DNA from: Hyphomicrobiaceae bacterium
Lineage (GTDB): Bacteria > Pseudomonadota > Gammaproteobacteria > Burkholderiales > Thiobacillaceae
Direction of reading: 5' to 3'
NCBI GenBank assembly: GCA_050258175.1
Contig: JBLMYH010000204.1
Coordinates: forward strand, 1 to 35,922
Length of the DNA: 35,922 bases
A model generated the notes under the pieces. That model was not told the DNA's origin, did not search any database, and worked only from the letters and a program-made list of their open reading frames with translations. The position numbers and the translations under genes are program-made. This document shows positions 21,571 through 31,524 of the stretch, one piece after another. Position 1 is the stretch's first letter. Each line of letters starts with the position of its first letter.

Positions 21571-22779
21571 TCAATGTGCAGCCCACTGCACGGAATTCAG
21601 GTCGATGCCTTCCTTAAACATTTCCCACAGCGGGGAAAGTTCGCGCAGCTTGCCGATCTTCTCGTGCAGCAATTTGATGGCATAGTCGACTTCTTCCTCG
21701 GTGGTGAAGCGGCCGATGGAGAAGCGGATCGAGCTGTGAGCCAGTTCGTCACTGCGGCCCAGCGCGCGCAGCACGTAGGACGGCTCGAGGCTGGCCGACG
21801 TGCAGGCGGAACCGGACGAGACCGCCAGATCCTTGATCGCCATGATCAGCGATTCGCCTTCGACGAAGTTGAAGCTGACGTTGAGATTGTGCGGCACACG
21901 CTGGTCCATATCGCCATTCAGATGCACTTCCTCGATGTCCTTCAGACCCGCATAAAGGCGGTCGCGCAGCATGCGGATGCGCTCGTTCTCGGTCGCCATC
22001 TCTTCGCGAGCGATGCGGAAGGCTTCACCCATGCCGACGATCTGATGCGTGGCCAGCGTGCCCGAACGCATGCCGCGCTCGTGGCCGCCGCCGTGCATCT
22101 GCGCTTCCAGCCGAATGCGCGGCTTGCGACGCACATACAGCGCGCCAATGCCCTTAGGGCCGTACGTCTTGTGCGCCGAGAACGACATCAGGTCGACCGG
22201 CAGGGTTTTCAGATCGATCGGCATTTTGCCGGTCGCCTGCGCGGCGTCGACGTGGAAGATCACGCCCTTCTCGCGGCAAATCTTGCCGAGAGACGCAATG
22301 TCCTGAATCACGCCGATCTCGTTGTTGACCGCCATCACCGAGGCCAGCACCGTGTCCGGACGGATTGCGGCGCGGAACTCGTCCAGATCGAGCAGGCCGT
22401 TTTCCTTCACGTTCAGATAGGTCGCCTCGAAGCCCTGGCGTTCCATTTCACGCACGGTGTCGAGAACCGCCTTGTGTTCGGTCCGCACGGTGATGATGTG
22501 CTTGCCTTTGGTAGCCGAGTAGAAATGGCCCGCGCCCTTGATGGCAAGGTTGTTCGATTCGGTGGCACCGGAGGTGAAGACGATTTCCTTCGGATCAGCC
22601 CCGACCAGCTCGGCCACTTGGGCGCGTGCGTCCTCCACCGCCTTTTCCGCCTCCCAGCCGTAAGGATGCGAGCGCGAGGCAGGATTGCCGAAATGCTCCG
22701 TCAAATAGGGGATCATCTTTTCAGCAACGCGGGGGTCGACCGGGGTGGTGGCGGAGTAATCGAAATACAGTGTCTTCAT
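21571..22779 (-). CDS. iscS: Cysteine desulfurase IscS
   Basis: [29 protein letters not shown] Lys in [10 protein letters not shown], catalytic Cys in [11 protein letters not shown]-terminal WAAH. Confidence 0.98.
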   Translation of the reverse strand: MKTLYFDYSATTPVDPRVAEKMIPYLTEHFGNPASRSHPYGWEAEKAVEDARAQVAELVGADPKEIVFTSGATESNNLAIKGAGHFYSATKGKHIITVRTEHKAVLDTVREMERQGFEATYLNVKENGLLDLDEFRAAIRPDTVLASVMAVNNEIGVIQDIASLGKICREKGVIFHVDAAQATGKMPIDLKTLPVDLMSFSAHKTYGPKGIGALYVRRKPRIRLEAQMHGGGHERGMRSGTLATHQIVGMGEAFRIAREEMATENERIRMLRDRLYAGLKDIEEVHLNGDMDQRVPHNLNVSFNFVEGESLIMAIKDLAVSSGSACTSASLEPSYVLRALGRSDELAHSSIRFSIGRFTTEEEVDYAIKLLHEKIGKLRELSPLWEMFKEGIDLNSVQWAAH

Positions 22780-22801
22780 GTTATTGCCCTAATTGAATCG
22801 T

Positions 22802-23263
22802 TCAAGCGGCCAGCGTCATCTTCGATGCGCGGCGGTCCTGCAGAACTTTTTCCTTGCACTCGTCCTGCTTGGCCACCAGCGAGGCCAGCGTCACATTGTC
22901 CAGATAGTCATAGATATGGGCATTGAGGCCCACCCACAAGTCGTGCGTCAGGCAGCGGTGCTCGTCGTGGCAGTTTTCCTTGCCGCCGCACTGGGTTGCA
23001 TCGATGGGTTCGTCCACCGCGCGGATGATGTCGGCCACGCTGACATCCTCGAGGGCCCGGGCGAGGTAATAGCCGCCGCCGGGGCCGCGCACGCTTTCCA
23101 CCAACTCGTGACGGCGCAGGCGGCTGAACAGCTGTTCCAGATACGACAGGGAGATGTCCTGTCGCTCGCTGATGCCGGCCAGCGTCACCGGATTTTTGCC
23201 GCCGCGCAGTGCCAGATCCAGCATCGCGGTAACGGCGAATCGACCTTTGGTGGTCAATCTCAT
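22802..23263 (-). CDS. iscR: Fe-S assembly transcriptional regulator IscR
   Basis: [37 protein letters not shown]; 3Cys-1His ligands in [17 protein letters not shown]. Confidence 0.98.
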   Translation of the reverse strand: MRLTTKGRFAVTAMLDLALRGGKNPVTLAGISERQDISLSYLEQLFSRLRRHELVESVRGPGGGYYLARALEDVSVADIIRAVDEPIDATQCGGKENCHDEHRCLTHDLWVGLNAHIYDYLDNVTLASLVAKQDECKEKVLQDRRASKMTLAA

Positions 23264-23289
23264 GACGGTTCTCCTGAAATTTCGCCCGA

Positions 23290-23318
23290 ACTATAAAATT
23301 CCCGAGCAATTCAGTCAA
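23290..23318 (-). promoter_or_regulatory. Sigma-70 promoter of iscR
   Basis: Minus strand TTGACT (23318-23313), 17 bp, TATAGT (23295-23290); CAGGAG ribosome-binding site before the ATG. Confidence 0.85.
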
Positions 23319-23322
23319 CTAT
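23298..23322 (-). promoter_or_regulatory. IscR type-1 binding site (iscR proximal)
   Basis: ATAGTTGACTGAATTGCTCGGGAAT, a 25-bp match to the type-1 pattern ATASYYGACTRWWWYAGTCRRSTAT, covering the -35 element. Confidence 0.85.
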
Positions 23323-23325
23323 TCC

Positions 23326-23350
23326 TTACCCCAGCATTTTAGTCAACTAT
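23326..23350 (-). promoter_or_regulatory. IscR type-1 binding site (iscR distal), overlapping the last codons of cysE
   Basis: ATAGTTGACTAAAATGCTGGGGTAA; the first 12 nt encode Ile-Val-Asp-stop of cysE. Confidence 0.75.
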
Positions 23351-24097
23351 TTTGTTCAGATAATTCGGATCGAAGTCGTCCGGCCTGTCCTGCTCGGCCG
23401 GCATCTCCACCCCCAACTGCTGCAACTGCGCCAGGATCAGTTCCAGCCGATGGTCGATGTGCGCAGAATGGTCGATCAGACCGTGGATTGCCTTCACGAC
23501 TGGATCGTTCATGTCGGCGGAAATGGCGTACGCCGAAAATCCCAGTTTTTCCGCCTGCTGGTTGCGCTGCTTTTCAACCGCGCTGTCTAAAATGCGGGCA
23601 GGGATGCCCACCGCCGTGGCATTGTCCGGCACGTCCTTCACCACCACCGCATTGGAGCCGACGCGAGCATTGGCGCCGATGGTGATCGGGCCGAGGATCT
23701 TGGCCCCTGCTCCCACCACCACGCCCGGCATCAGGGTGGGATGGCGCTTGCCCTTGTTCCACGAGGTGCCGCCGAGCGTCACCCCGTGATACAGCGTACA
23801 GTCATCGCCGATTTCCGCCGTCTCACCCACCACTACGCCCATACCGTGGTCGATGAACACGCGACGGCCGATGGTGGCACCGGGATGGATCTCGATTCCT
23901 GTCAGCCAGCGCCCTATATGCGAGGTGAAGCGCGCCAGCCACTTCCACTCCATACGCCAGAGCCTGTTCGCCAGGCGGTGGATCAGCATGGCGTGGAAGC
24001 CGGGATAGGTGGTGACGACCTCGAAGGTCGAGCGTGCCGCCGGATCGCGCTCGAACACGACGGCGATGTCTTCCTTGAATTGGCTGAACAGGCTCAT
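23339..24097 (-). CDS. cysE: Serine O-acetyltransferase
   Basis: RDPAARS...[43 protein letters not shown]...KRHPTL, hexapeptide repeats. Confidence 0.97.
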   Translation of the reverse strand: MSLFSQFKEDIAVVFERDPAARSTFEVVTTYPGFHAMLIHRLANRLWRMEWKWLARFTSHIGRWLTGIEIHPGATIGRRVFIDHGMGVVVGETAEIGDDCTLYHGVTLGGTSWNKGKRHPTLMPGVVVGAGAKILGPITIGANARVGSNAVVVKDVPDNATAVGIPARILDSAVEKQRNQQAEKLGFSAYAISADMNDPVVKAIHGLIDHSAHIDHRLELILAQLQQLGVEMPAEQDRPDDFDPNYLNKIVD

Positions 24098-24111
24098 GCA
24101 GTGAGGATGCT

Positions 24112-24136
24112 ATTTCCCAGTAATTTAGTCAACTAT
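24112..24136 (-). promoter_or_regulatory. IscR type-1 binding site over the cysE promoter, overlapping the trmJ stop codon
   Basis: ATAGTTGACTAAATTACTGGGAAAT; contains -35 TTGACT with CATCCT 17 bp downstream. Confidence 0.75.
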
Positions 24137-24900
24137 TCTGCGGCGCGGTTGCGGGCCTTGAGCGCCTCCACCTTCGCCTCCTGCGCCGCGGTCAGAATCC
24201 CGCGCAGGATGTTCACTTCCTCCTTGGCCAGCCGGGTGCGTGCGAACAGCCGCCGCAGCTTAAGCATCAGCTTGCCGGGCGAGCCGGGATTGAGGAACTC
24301 CAGTTCGGCCAGCGCCGTTTCGAGGTGGCCGTAAAACCGCTCGATTTCATCCCCGGTCGCCGCATCCATCTCCGGCTGCGGCCAGGACGCATGCCCAAGC
24401 CAGGCCTGGCGGATTTCGTAGCTCAGCACCTGCACCGCCGCCGCCAGGTTGAGCGAACTGTACTCCGGGTTGGCGGCGATGGTCACCAGCCCCTGGCACA
24501 GGCTCAACTCCTCGTTCGACAGGCCGCTGGTTTCGTTGCCGAACACCAGCGCCACCGGACCGGTTTGCGCCTCGGTCAGCAGGCGGCCGGACGCCTCTGC
24601 CGGCGTCAGCACCTCGGCCACGATATCGCGCCGGCGCGCCGACACGCCGAGCGCCAGGGTGGTATCGGCCAGCGCCTCGGCCAGGGTGGTGCACACCCTG
24701 GCCCGCGCCAACAGGTCGGTCGCGCCCGACGCCATCGCGTCGGCCTGGCTATTGGGGAAAACCGCGGGGTCGACCAGCACCAGTTGCGGCAGCCCCATGG
24801 TTTTCATCGCCCGTGCCGCAGCGCCGATATTGCCGGGGTGGCTGGTGCGCGTCAGCACGATGCGGATATTGGCAAGAAGTTTCGGGTCTGCCGGCGTCAT
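24133..24900 (-). CDS. trmJ: tRNA (C32/U32-2'-O)-methyltransferase TrmJ (SPOUT family)
   Basis: IRIVLTRTSHPGNIGAAARAMKTMG, ALVFGNETSGLSNEEL, YSSLNLAAAVQV, EVNILRGIL. Start placed at ATG 24900. Confidence 0.93.
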   Translation of the reverse strand: MTPADPKLLANIRIVLTRTSHPGNIGAAARAMKTMGLPQLVLVDPAVFPNSQADAMASGATDLLARARVCTTLAEALADTTLALGVSARRRDIVAEVLTPAEASGRLLTEAQTGPVALVFGNETSGLSNEELSLCQGLVTIAANPEYSSLNLAAAVQVLSYEIRQAWLGHASWPQPEMDAATGDEIERFYGHLETALAELEFLNPGSPGKLMLKLRRLFARTRLAKEEVNILRGILTAAQEAKVEALKARNRAAE

Positions 24901-24931
24901 CAGGTAAACATCATCAAGTAAAATAGCGGCT

Positions 24932-24943
24932 CGTTCTTTGAAT
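24932..24943 (+). promoter_or_regulatory. boxA-like element in the suhB leader
   Basis: CGTTCTTTGAAT resembles boxA (GYTCTTTAA), between a TAAAAT -10 (24919-24924) and the suhB ATG. Confidence 0.6.
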
Positions 24944-24958
24944 CCGTAGCCAGACACC

Positions 24959-25765
24959 ATGCATCCCATGCTCAACACGGCGGTGAAAGCCGCTCGCAAA
25001 GCCGGGGCGATCATCAATCGCGCCTCGCTCGACCTCGACCAGCTCACCGTGCGGAGCAAGCAGGATCGCGATTATGTCAGCGAGGTCGATCAGATGGCCG
25101 AACGCGCCATCATCGAGACCCTGCTCGACGCCTATCCAAACCACGGGATTTTAGCAGAGGAGTCCGGCCAGGCCGACGCCAAGAATGGCGAGGACTACCA
25201 GTGGATCATCGATCCGCTCGATGGCACCACCAACTTCCTGCACGGCCTGCAGCAATATTCCGTTTCCATCGCGCTCAAGCACAAGGGCCAGATCACCCAG
25301 GCCGTGGTGTTCGACCCCGCGCGGAACGAACTCTTCACCGCCAGCCGCGGCCGCGGCGCCATGCTCAACGACCGCCGCATCCGCGCCAGCAAGCGCGGCA
25401 AGCTCTCCGAATGCCTGATCGGCACCGGCTTTCCCTTCCGCGACTTCAGCTTCGCTGAGGTCTACATCAACATGTTCCGCGACATGATGCGCGCCACCTC
25501 GGGCCTGCGCCGCCCCGGTTCCGCGGCGCTCGATCTCGCCTACGTGGCCTGTGGCCGCTACGACGGTTTCTGGGAAATGCACCTGAAGCCCTGGGACCTC
25601 GCCGCCGGCAGTCTGATCGCGCAGGAAGCCGGCGCGCTGGTTGGCAATTTCATGGGCGACGAGGGCTTCCTGGATTCCGGCAACATCGTCGCCGCCAGCC
25701 CGAAAATCTTCGGGCAGATGCTGCAGGTCATCGCCCCGCACCTGCCGCCCGAACTCAAGGTCTGA
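24959..25765 (+). CDS. suhB: Inositol-1-monophosphatase / Nus factor SuhB
   Basis: [68 protein letters not shown]. Confidence 0.96.
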   Translation: MHPMLNTAVKAARKAGAIINRASLDLDQLTVRSKQDRDYVSEVDQMAERAIIETLLDAYPNHGILAEESGQADAKNGEDYQWIIDPLDGTTNFLHGLQQYSVSIALKHKGQITQAVVFDPARNELFTASRGRGAMLNDRRIRASKRGKLSECLIGTGFPFRDFSFAEVYINMFRDMMRATSGLRRPGSAALDLAYVACGRYDGFWEMHLKPWDLAAGSLIAQEAGALVGNFMGDEGFLDSGNIVAASPKIFGQMLQVIAPHLPPELKV

Positions 25766-25783
25766 CCCAACGCCTTTTTCTTC

Positions 25784-28345
25784 ATGTCCATCGCCAAGGC
25801 GCCCACTGCCCATACGCCGATGATGCAGCAGTACCTTGGCATCAAGGCGCAGCATCCGGAGATGCTGCTGTTCTACCGCATGGGCGACTTTTACGAACTG
25901 TTCTTCGACGATGCCGAGAAGGCCTCGCGGCTCTTGAACATCACGCTGACCACACGCGGCGCCTCGGCCGGGGCGCCGATCAAGATGGCGGGTGTGCCCT
26001 ACCACAGCGCCGAACAGTATCTTGCACGGCTGCTGAAGCTCGGGGAGTCGGTGGTAATCGCCGAGCAGGTGGGCGATCCGACGACCAGCAAAGGCCCGGT
26101 CGAAAGGCAGGTCACGCGCATCGTCACCCCGGGAACGTTGACCGATTCGGGCCTGCTGGACGAGACACGCGACACGCTGATTCTGGCCATCGCCCCGGGC
26201 GCGGACATGCTCGGCGTCGCCTGGCTCAACCTTGCCGCCGGGCGCTTTCAGGTCACCGAGATCAGCGCCACTGCCCTACCCGCCCTGCTCGCGCGGGTGC
26301 GGCCGGCAGAAATCCTCGCGCCCGACGACTTCGCCCTTGCGGGTGCCGCGTGCGCGGTGCGCCGGCTGGCGCCATGGCAATTCGATGCGAATGGTGCGCA
26401 GGCCCGGCTGGCGCAACAGTTCGGTAGCCGCGACCTCACTGGGTTCGGCGTAGCCGAGCTGCCACGCGCCATCGCCGCGGCGGGCGCTCTGCTCGATTAC
26501 ATCCAGACCACGCAGCGCACGGCGCTGCCGCATATCCAGGCCATCCGCGCTGAGCGCGACAGTGACTTCGTGCAACTCGACGCTGCCACCCGGCGCAACC
26601 TGGAACTCACCGAGACCCTGCGCGGCGAAGCGGCGCCGACCCTCTTGTCAGTGCTCGATACGACCGCCACCGGAATGGGCACCCGCCTGCTCAGGCACTG
26701 GCTGCACCATCCGCTGCGCGACCGTGAAGTGTTGGTTCGGCGACGCGACGCGATTGGTGTGCTGGGCAGTCAGCCGGACACCGCTGCCACCCTCACCCGC
26801 CTGCTGAGAAGTTGCGCCGACGTGGAAAGGATCGGTGGCCGCATCGCCTTGAAGAATGCGCGCCCACGCGACCTGTCCGGCCTGCGCGACACCTTGGCGC
26901 TGCTGCCCGCGCTTGCCGCGGCGCTTCCCGATGATCGCGCGCGCCTAGCCGAATTGCGTGCTGCAGTTGCCGCCCGCCCCGAGCTGCATGTCCTGCTTGC
27001 CCGTTCGGTCCAGCCAGAACCCGCCAGCGTGCTGCGCGAGGGCGGCGTGATCGCCGACGGCTACGACGCCGATCTCGACGAACTGCGCGCGCTGACGCGC
27101 GACGCTGGCACCTTTCTGCTGGAACTGGAAACGCGCGAGCGCGCTCGCTCGGGCATCGGCACCCTCAAGGTCGAGTACAACAGGGTGCACGGCTTCTACA
27201 TCGAAGTCAGCCGCGCGCAGTCGGAAAACGTCCCCGACGATTACCGTCGCCGCCAGACGCTGAAGAACGCCGAGCGCTACATCACCCCGGAACTCAAGGC
27301 TTTCGAGGACAAGGCGCTGTCGGCACAGGAACGTGCGCTGGCGCGCGAGAAGGCCTTGTTCGAGGCGCTGCTGGAGACGCTGGCACCGCATGTCCCGGAT
27401 CTGCTCGCGATTGCCGCGGCGCTGGCCGAAATCGACGTGCTGGCGAGCCAGGCCGAACGCGCAGCAACGCTGAAGCTTTGTGCGCCCGACTACACCAGCG
27501 AACCGGGCATCGTCATCCGCGCTGGCCGTCACCCGGTGGTCGAGGCGCAAGTCGACCACTTCATTCCCAACGACGTGACGCTGAGCCGCGGCCGGCAGAT
27601 GCTGCTGATCACCGGCCCCAACATGGGCGGCAAATCGACCTACATGCGGCAGGTCGCGCTGGTGACCCTGCTGGCCTGCTGCGGCCTGTGGGTGCCGGCC
27701 GCTTCGGCGAAGATCGGCGACGTCGACCAGATCTTCACCCGCATCGGGGCATCCGACGACCTGGCCGGCGGCCGCTCGACCTTCATGGTCGAGATGACCG
27801 AGACTGCCCACATCCTGCACAACGCCAGCGCGAACAGTCTTGTTCTTCTCGACGAAATCGGCCGCGGCACCTCGACCTTCGACGGCCTTGCGCTGGCCTG
27901 GGCGGTGGCACGGCATCTGGTGACCGCCACCCGCGCCTTCACCCTGTTCGCCACCCACTATTTCGAGCTGACCCAGCTCGCGCAGGAATTCCGCCAGCTC
28001 GCCAACGTGCACCTCGACGCCAAGGAGCACGGCGCCGACCTCGTGTTCCTGCATGCGGTGGAGGAAGGCCCGGCGTCGCAAAGCTACGGCATCCAGGTCG
28101 CGCGCCTGGCCGGCGTGCCCAGCCCGGTCATTCACGCCGCCCGGCGGCATCTGCGCGAACTCGAGGACGCCCAGCTGCAGCCCGGCCCGCAGGGCGACCT
28201 GTTCGCCGCGCATCTGCCCAACGACGCGCCGCCGCCACACCCCGCGCTCGACCAGTTGCACGAGCTCGACCCCGACACCCTCACGCCGAAGGCGGCGCTC
28301 GACATGCTCTACGCCCTCAAGGCGCTGACCGATACCGCGCCATGA
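25784..28345 (+). CDS. mutS: DNA mismatch repair protein MutS
   Basis: [20 protein letters not shown], Walker [55 protein letters not shown]. Confidence 0.98.
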   Translation: MSIAKAPTAHTPMMQQYLGIKAQHPEMLLFYRMGDFYELFFDDAEKASRLLNITLTTRGASAGAPIKMAGVPYHSAEQYLARLLKLGESVVIAEQVGDPTTSKGPVERQVTRIVTPGTLTDSGLLDETRDTLILAIAPGADMLGVAWLNLAAGRFQVTEISATALPALLARVRPAEILAPDDFALAGAACAVRRLAPWQFDANGAQARLAQQFGSRDLTGFGVAELPRAIAAAGALLDYIQTTQRTALPHIQAIRAERDSDFVQLDAATRRNLELTETLRGEAAPTLLSVLDTTATGMGTRLLRHWLHHPLRDREVLVRRRDAIGVLGSQPDTAATLTRLLRSCADVERIGGRIALKNARPRDLSGLRDTLALLPALAAALPDDRARLAELRAAVAARPELHVLLARSVQPEPASVLREGGVIADGYDADLDELRALTRDAGTFLLELETRERARSGIGTLKVEYNRVHGFYIEVSRAQSENVPDDYRRRQTLKNAERYITPELKAFEDKALSAQERALAREKALFEALLETLAPHVPDLLAIAAALAEIDVLASQAERAATLKLCAPDYTSEPGIVIRAGRHPVVEAQVDHFIPNDVTLSRGRQMLLITGPNMGGKSTYMRQVALVTLLACCGLWVPAASAKIGDVDQIFTRIGASDDLAGGRSTFMVEMTETAHILHNASANSLVLLDEIGRGTSTFDGLALAWAVARHLVTATRAFTLFATHYFELTQLAQEFRQLANVHLDAKEHGADLVFLHAVEEGPASQSYGIQVARLAGVPSPVIHAARRHLRELEDAQLQPGPQGDLFAAHLPNDAPPPHPALDQLHELDPDTLTPKAALDMLYALKALTDTAP

Positions 28346-28611
28346 AAGCCCTGCGTCTGGATACGTCTGAACTCGGCCTCGACTTCAACGCCGCGCTGAA
28401 GCTGGCAACCGCCGTCGCCCGGCAGCAGTTGGGCGAGGAAACGATGTTGTTGAGCTGGTACGACCGCGAACGCGATCTCGAGTCGCCGGCCGGGGTGAGT
28501 GAATGCCACGAAGGCTGCGCCACCAAGGGGTCATGGGACTATGCCCGCAACCGCGGGGCACGGCTGGCGGTCGAGTTCGATTCGGGGCGCTATACCTTCT
28601 GTTTTTTGTGA
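28342..28611 (+). CDS. Small protein, AF1514/DUF5619-like (89 aa)
   Basis: [22 protein letters not shown]...[25 protein letters not shown]...WDYA...GRYTFCF; ATG overlaps the mutS stop (ATGA). This is the true tail of the listed 27478..28611 ORF. Family name is from memory. Confidence 0.75.
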   Translation: MKALRLDTSELGLDFNAALKLATAVARQQLGEETMLLSWYDRERDLESPAGVSECHEGCATKGSWDYARNRGARLAVEFDSGRYTFCFL

Positions 28612-28699
28612 GATGCTGCCGGACAAGCATCATGGCCAGCATCATTCGGTCCAGGCCATGCACCCCAAGCCCCGAATCCCAGCCTTGAAAGGCCTTGAC

Positions 28700-29422
28700 G
28701 TGAAACCCAGCGAAATGCGCATTGCAGACCCGTATGTGTCCCGCGTAGCCGACGAAGAAGTCATCCTCGCCGACCTCCTGCCCCTGCGCGGTGCGAAGGT
28801 GCTCGAACTCGGCTGCGGGAAGGCAGACAAGACCCGCCTGGTTGCCCAAACGGCCGCCTCGGTGCTCGCGCTGGAAGTGGATGCCACACAGCTTGCGATC
28901 AACAGGGCGTCCGACAAGCCGGACAATGTTCGATTCGAATTTGGCGGCGCCGAGAACATCCCGGCTGAAGACTCGCGCTTCGACATCGTCCTGATGTTCA
29001 AATCCCTGCATCACGTGCCGACCGAACTCATGGACGACGCCTTCTCCGAGATCCGCAGGGTGTTGAAACCAGGTGGCGTGGCTTATATTTCGGAGCCGGT
29101 TTATGCCGGCGATTTCAACGACATCCTCCGGATGTTCCACGACGAGAAAGCGGTGCGGGAGGCCGCGTTCGCTGCAGAGGTCAAAGCCGTTTCAACGCAG
29201 CGGCTGTCCCTCTTGAACCAGACCTTCTTTCTGCAGCCGATGCACTTCGAAGACTTCGGCCAGTTCGAAAGCCGGATCCTCAAGGTGACCCACACCGACC
29301 ACCAGCTATCACCCGCTCTTTACGATGCCGTGCGCGCGCGATTCAATCAGTACCTGTCGCCCTCGGGGGCGGGCTTCCACATGCCCATGCGGGTCGATCT
29401 TTTCAGAAAGGACGGCTCGTAG
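28700..29422 (+). CDS. Class I SAM-dependent methyltransferase
   Basis: Motif I VLELGCG, LALEVD, GAENIPAEDSRFDIVLMFKSLHHV, RRVLKPGG. Start is probably GTG 28700 (GAAAGG upstream) or ATG 28715. Confidence 0.88.
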   Translation: MKPSEMRIADPYVSRVADEEVILADLLPLRGAKVLELGCGKADKTRLVAQTAASVLALEVDATQLAINRASDKPDNVRFEFGGAENIPAEDSRFDIVLMFKSLHHVPTELMDDAFSEIRRVLKPGGVAYISEPVYAGDFNDILRMFHDEKAVREAAFAAEVKAVSTQRLSLLNQTFFLQPMHFEDFGQFESRILKVTHTDHQLSPALYDAVRARFNQYLSPSGAGFHMPMRVDLFRKDGS

Positions 29423-29473
29423 CGGACCGGGCCTCGGGCCCTACTCGGCTGTTTCGCACGCGAACCCGGCAGC

Positions 29474-29683
29474 TTAGTCCGCTACAACCTGGATGGTCTG
29501 TCCGAGACATTGCACCGTCTGGTTTGCGCGTATTTTTGCCGTCTTGCGACTTTCAGGCCGGCCGTCCACGGTCACGTCCCCATTGGTAATCATGAGCTTG
29601 CCCTGCCCGCCGCTGTCGGCGATGCCGGTGAGCTTGAGCAGGTCGCAGAGCGCGATATGCTCTCCGCGCAGCTTGAATTGCAT
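29474..29683 (-). CDS. S4-domain RNA-binding protein (YbcJ/YaaA-like)
   Basis: IALCDLLKLTGIADSGGQGKLMI...VTVDGRPESRKTAKIR; ATG 29683 follows a purine-rich AGAGGAAGGGA. Confidence 0.9.
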   Translation of the reverse strand: MQFKLRGEHIALCDLLKLTGIADSGGQGKLMITNGDVTVDGRPESRKTAKIRANQTVQCLGQTIQVVAD

Positions 29684-29697
29684 GATGTCCCTTCCTC

Positions 29698-30000
29698 TTA
29701 CGCGCCGCGTTTCCGCCACAGATAGCGGTAGACGAAGCCCGGGTAGGCGAACACCACGAACAGCGCAGCATTGACCGCATAGAATTGCCAGCCCTGATGC
29801 TGGATGTCGCCGAGCTTGCCTTCCAGCAGCAACGCAATGCCGCCCACCGCGAAAAACAGAACGACCAGCTCCAGCAGTCGCCAGGCGAAATTCTTGGGCC
29901 CGGTCTTGGGCCGTACAACAAAGAAGATGCGCTCGACGAGGAAAGGCAGGTTGGCAGCGATGAACGCCAGAATCAGCAGCAGAGAAGTCGAAAAATTCAC
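29698..30000 (-). CDS. DUF2818-like small membrane protein
   Basis: AANLPFL.ER, WRLLEL, QGWQFYA...LFVVFAYPGFVYRYL; directly downstream of nuoN, as is common in betaproteobacteria. Confidence 0.85.
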   Translation of the reverse strand: MNFSTSLLLILAFIAANLPFLVERIFFVVRPKTGPKNFAWRLLELVVLFFAVGGIALLLEGKLGDIQHQGWQFYAVNAALFVVFAYPGFVYRYLWRKRGA

Positions 30001-30069
30001 GGTGGGTCCGAAAAGCTAAGTAACGCCGGAGCAGACTCGCTCCAGCACGGTTTGGTTCAAATACCCGAT

Positions 30070-31515
30070 TCAGAATGAAGCACGGATGGCGTGGATGCAC
30101 ACCGTCATCAGCGGCTGCGGCATGATTCCCAGCGCCAAGATCGCAAGACCGTTGGCCGACATGACGAGGCGCGTATCGACGCTCGCGGTGATCGGCGCGG
30201 TGTCGTGCGGCGCGTCAAAATACATCAGTTTGACGATACGCAGATAGTAGAACGCGCCGATCAGGGAGAACAGCACCGCAACAACCGCCAGCCACACATA
30301 GCCGATCTCGACCACCGCCTGCAGCACCGACAGCTTGGCATAGAAACCCACTGTAGGCGGTACGCCGGCCATCGAGAACATCAACAGCAGCATCATGAAA
30401 GCCAGCCACGGACTGCGGTGGTTCAGGCCCCTGAAGTCGTCCAGCCGATCGGCTTCGAAACCGGCACGAGACAATAGCAGAATCATGCCGAAACCGCCCA
30501 GGCTCATCAGGGCATACACCAGCACGTAGAACATCGCGCTGCCGTAGCCGTTCTGCGAGCCGGCGAGAATTCCCAGCAGCATGTAGCCCATATGCGCAAT
30601 GGTCGAATACGCAAGCATCCGCTTCAGATTGCTTTGCGCGATGGCCGCGATGTTGCCGAGCGCCATCGAAAGCACTGCCAGGATCACCAGCATTTCGCGC
30701 CAATCGCCCACCTGCGATTCCAGCCCCTGCCCGAGAATGCGGATCACGAAGGCAAATGCGGCGATCTTGGGCGCGGAGCCGATGAACAGCGTCATCGCCG
30801 TCGGCGCGCCATGGTAGACATCGGGCACCCACATGTGGAACGGCACGGCGCCGAGCTTGAACGCCAGACCGGCGACGATAAAGACGATGCCGAACACCAG
30901 CGGGATACGCAGGTCGGTGCCATCCTGCAGGGCAATGGCCATGTCGCCGAGGGAGAGCGAGCCGGTCACGCCGTAAACCATCGACATGCCATAGAGCAGC
31001 ATGCCCGACGCCAACGCGCCCAGCACGAAATACTTCATCGCTGCCTCGGTCGCCACGCTGGAATCGCGCTGCAGCGCCACCATCGCATACAGCGACAGTG
31101 ACAGCAACTCGAGACCGAGGTAGAGCGTGAGAAAGTGGCTGGCTGACACCATCACCATCATGCCGAGCTGCGCAAACAGCGCCAACGCGAAGAACTCGCC
31201 CTTGTAGAGGCCGCGCTCGCGCAGGTAGTCGCGCGAATACACCAGCACAACCGCGACGGTCAGATAGAGAAACAGCTTCAGCACGTCGGACAGCGGGTCA
31301 CCGATAAAAAGCCCGCCCAGCGCCAGCACCGGCATGGTAGAGAAATCGCGCACGGTGAGAAAAGCCGCGCCGGCCAGCGTGACGAGCGAGAGGACATAGG
31401 CCAGATAGCGCCTGCTGTCGTCGACGGCGGCGTCGATCACCAGAATCAGCGAGACCATGGCCAGCACGAATATTTCTGGGAAAACCGGCATAAATTGCAT
31501 GATGGCGTGTCTCAT
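30070..31515 (-). CDS. nuoN: NADH-quinone oxidoreductase subunit N
   Basis: [72 protein letters not shown]. Alternative start at 31500. Confidence 0.96.
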   Translation of the reverse strand: MRHAIMQFMPVFPEIFVLAMVSLILVIDAAVDDSRRYLAYVLSLVTLAGAAFLTVRDFSTMPVLALGGLFIGDPLSDVLKLFLYLTVAVVLVYSRDYLRERGLYKGEFFALALFAQLGMMVMVSASHFLTLYLGLELLSLSLYAMVALQRDSSVATEAAMKYFVLGALASGMLLYGMSMVYGVTGSLSLGDMAIALQDGTDLRIPLVFGIVFIVAGLAFKLGAVPFHMWVPDVYHGAPTAMTLFIGSAPKIAAFAFVIRILGQGLESQVGDWREMLVILAVLSMALGNIAAIAQSNLKRMLAYSTIAHMGYMLLGILAGSQNGYGSAMFYVLVYALMSLGGFGMILLLSRAGFEADRLDDFRGLNHRSPWLAFMMLLLMFSMAGVPPTVGFYAKLSVLQAVVEIGYVWLAVVAVLFSLIGAFYYLRIVKLMYFDAPHDTAPITASVDTRLVMSANGLAILALGIMPQPLMTVCIHAIRASF

Positions 31516-31524
31516 CCTGGAACC

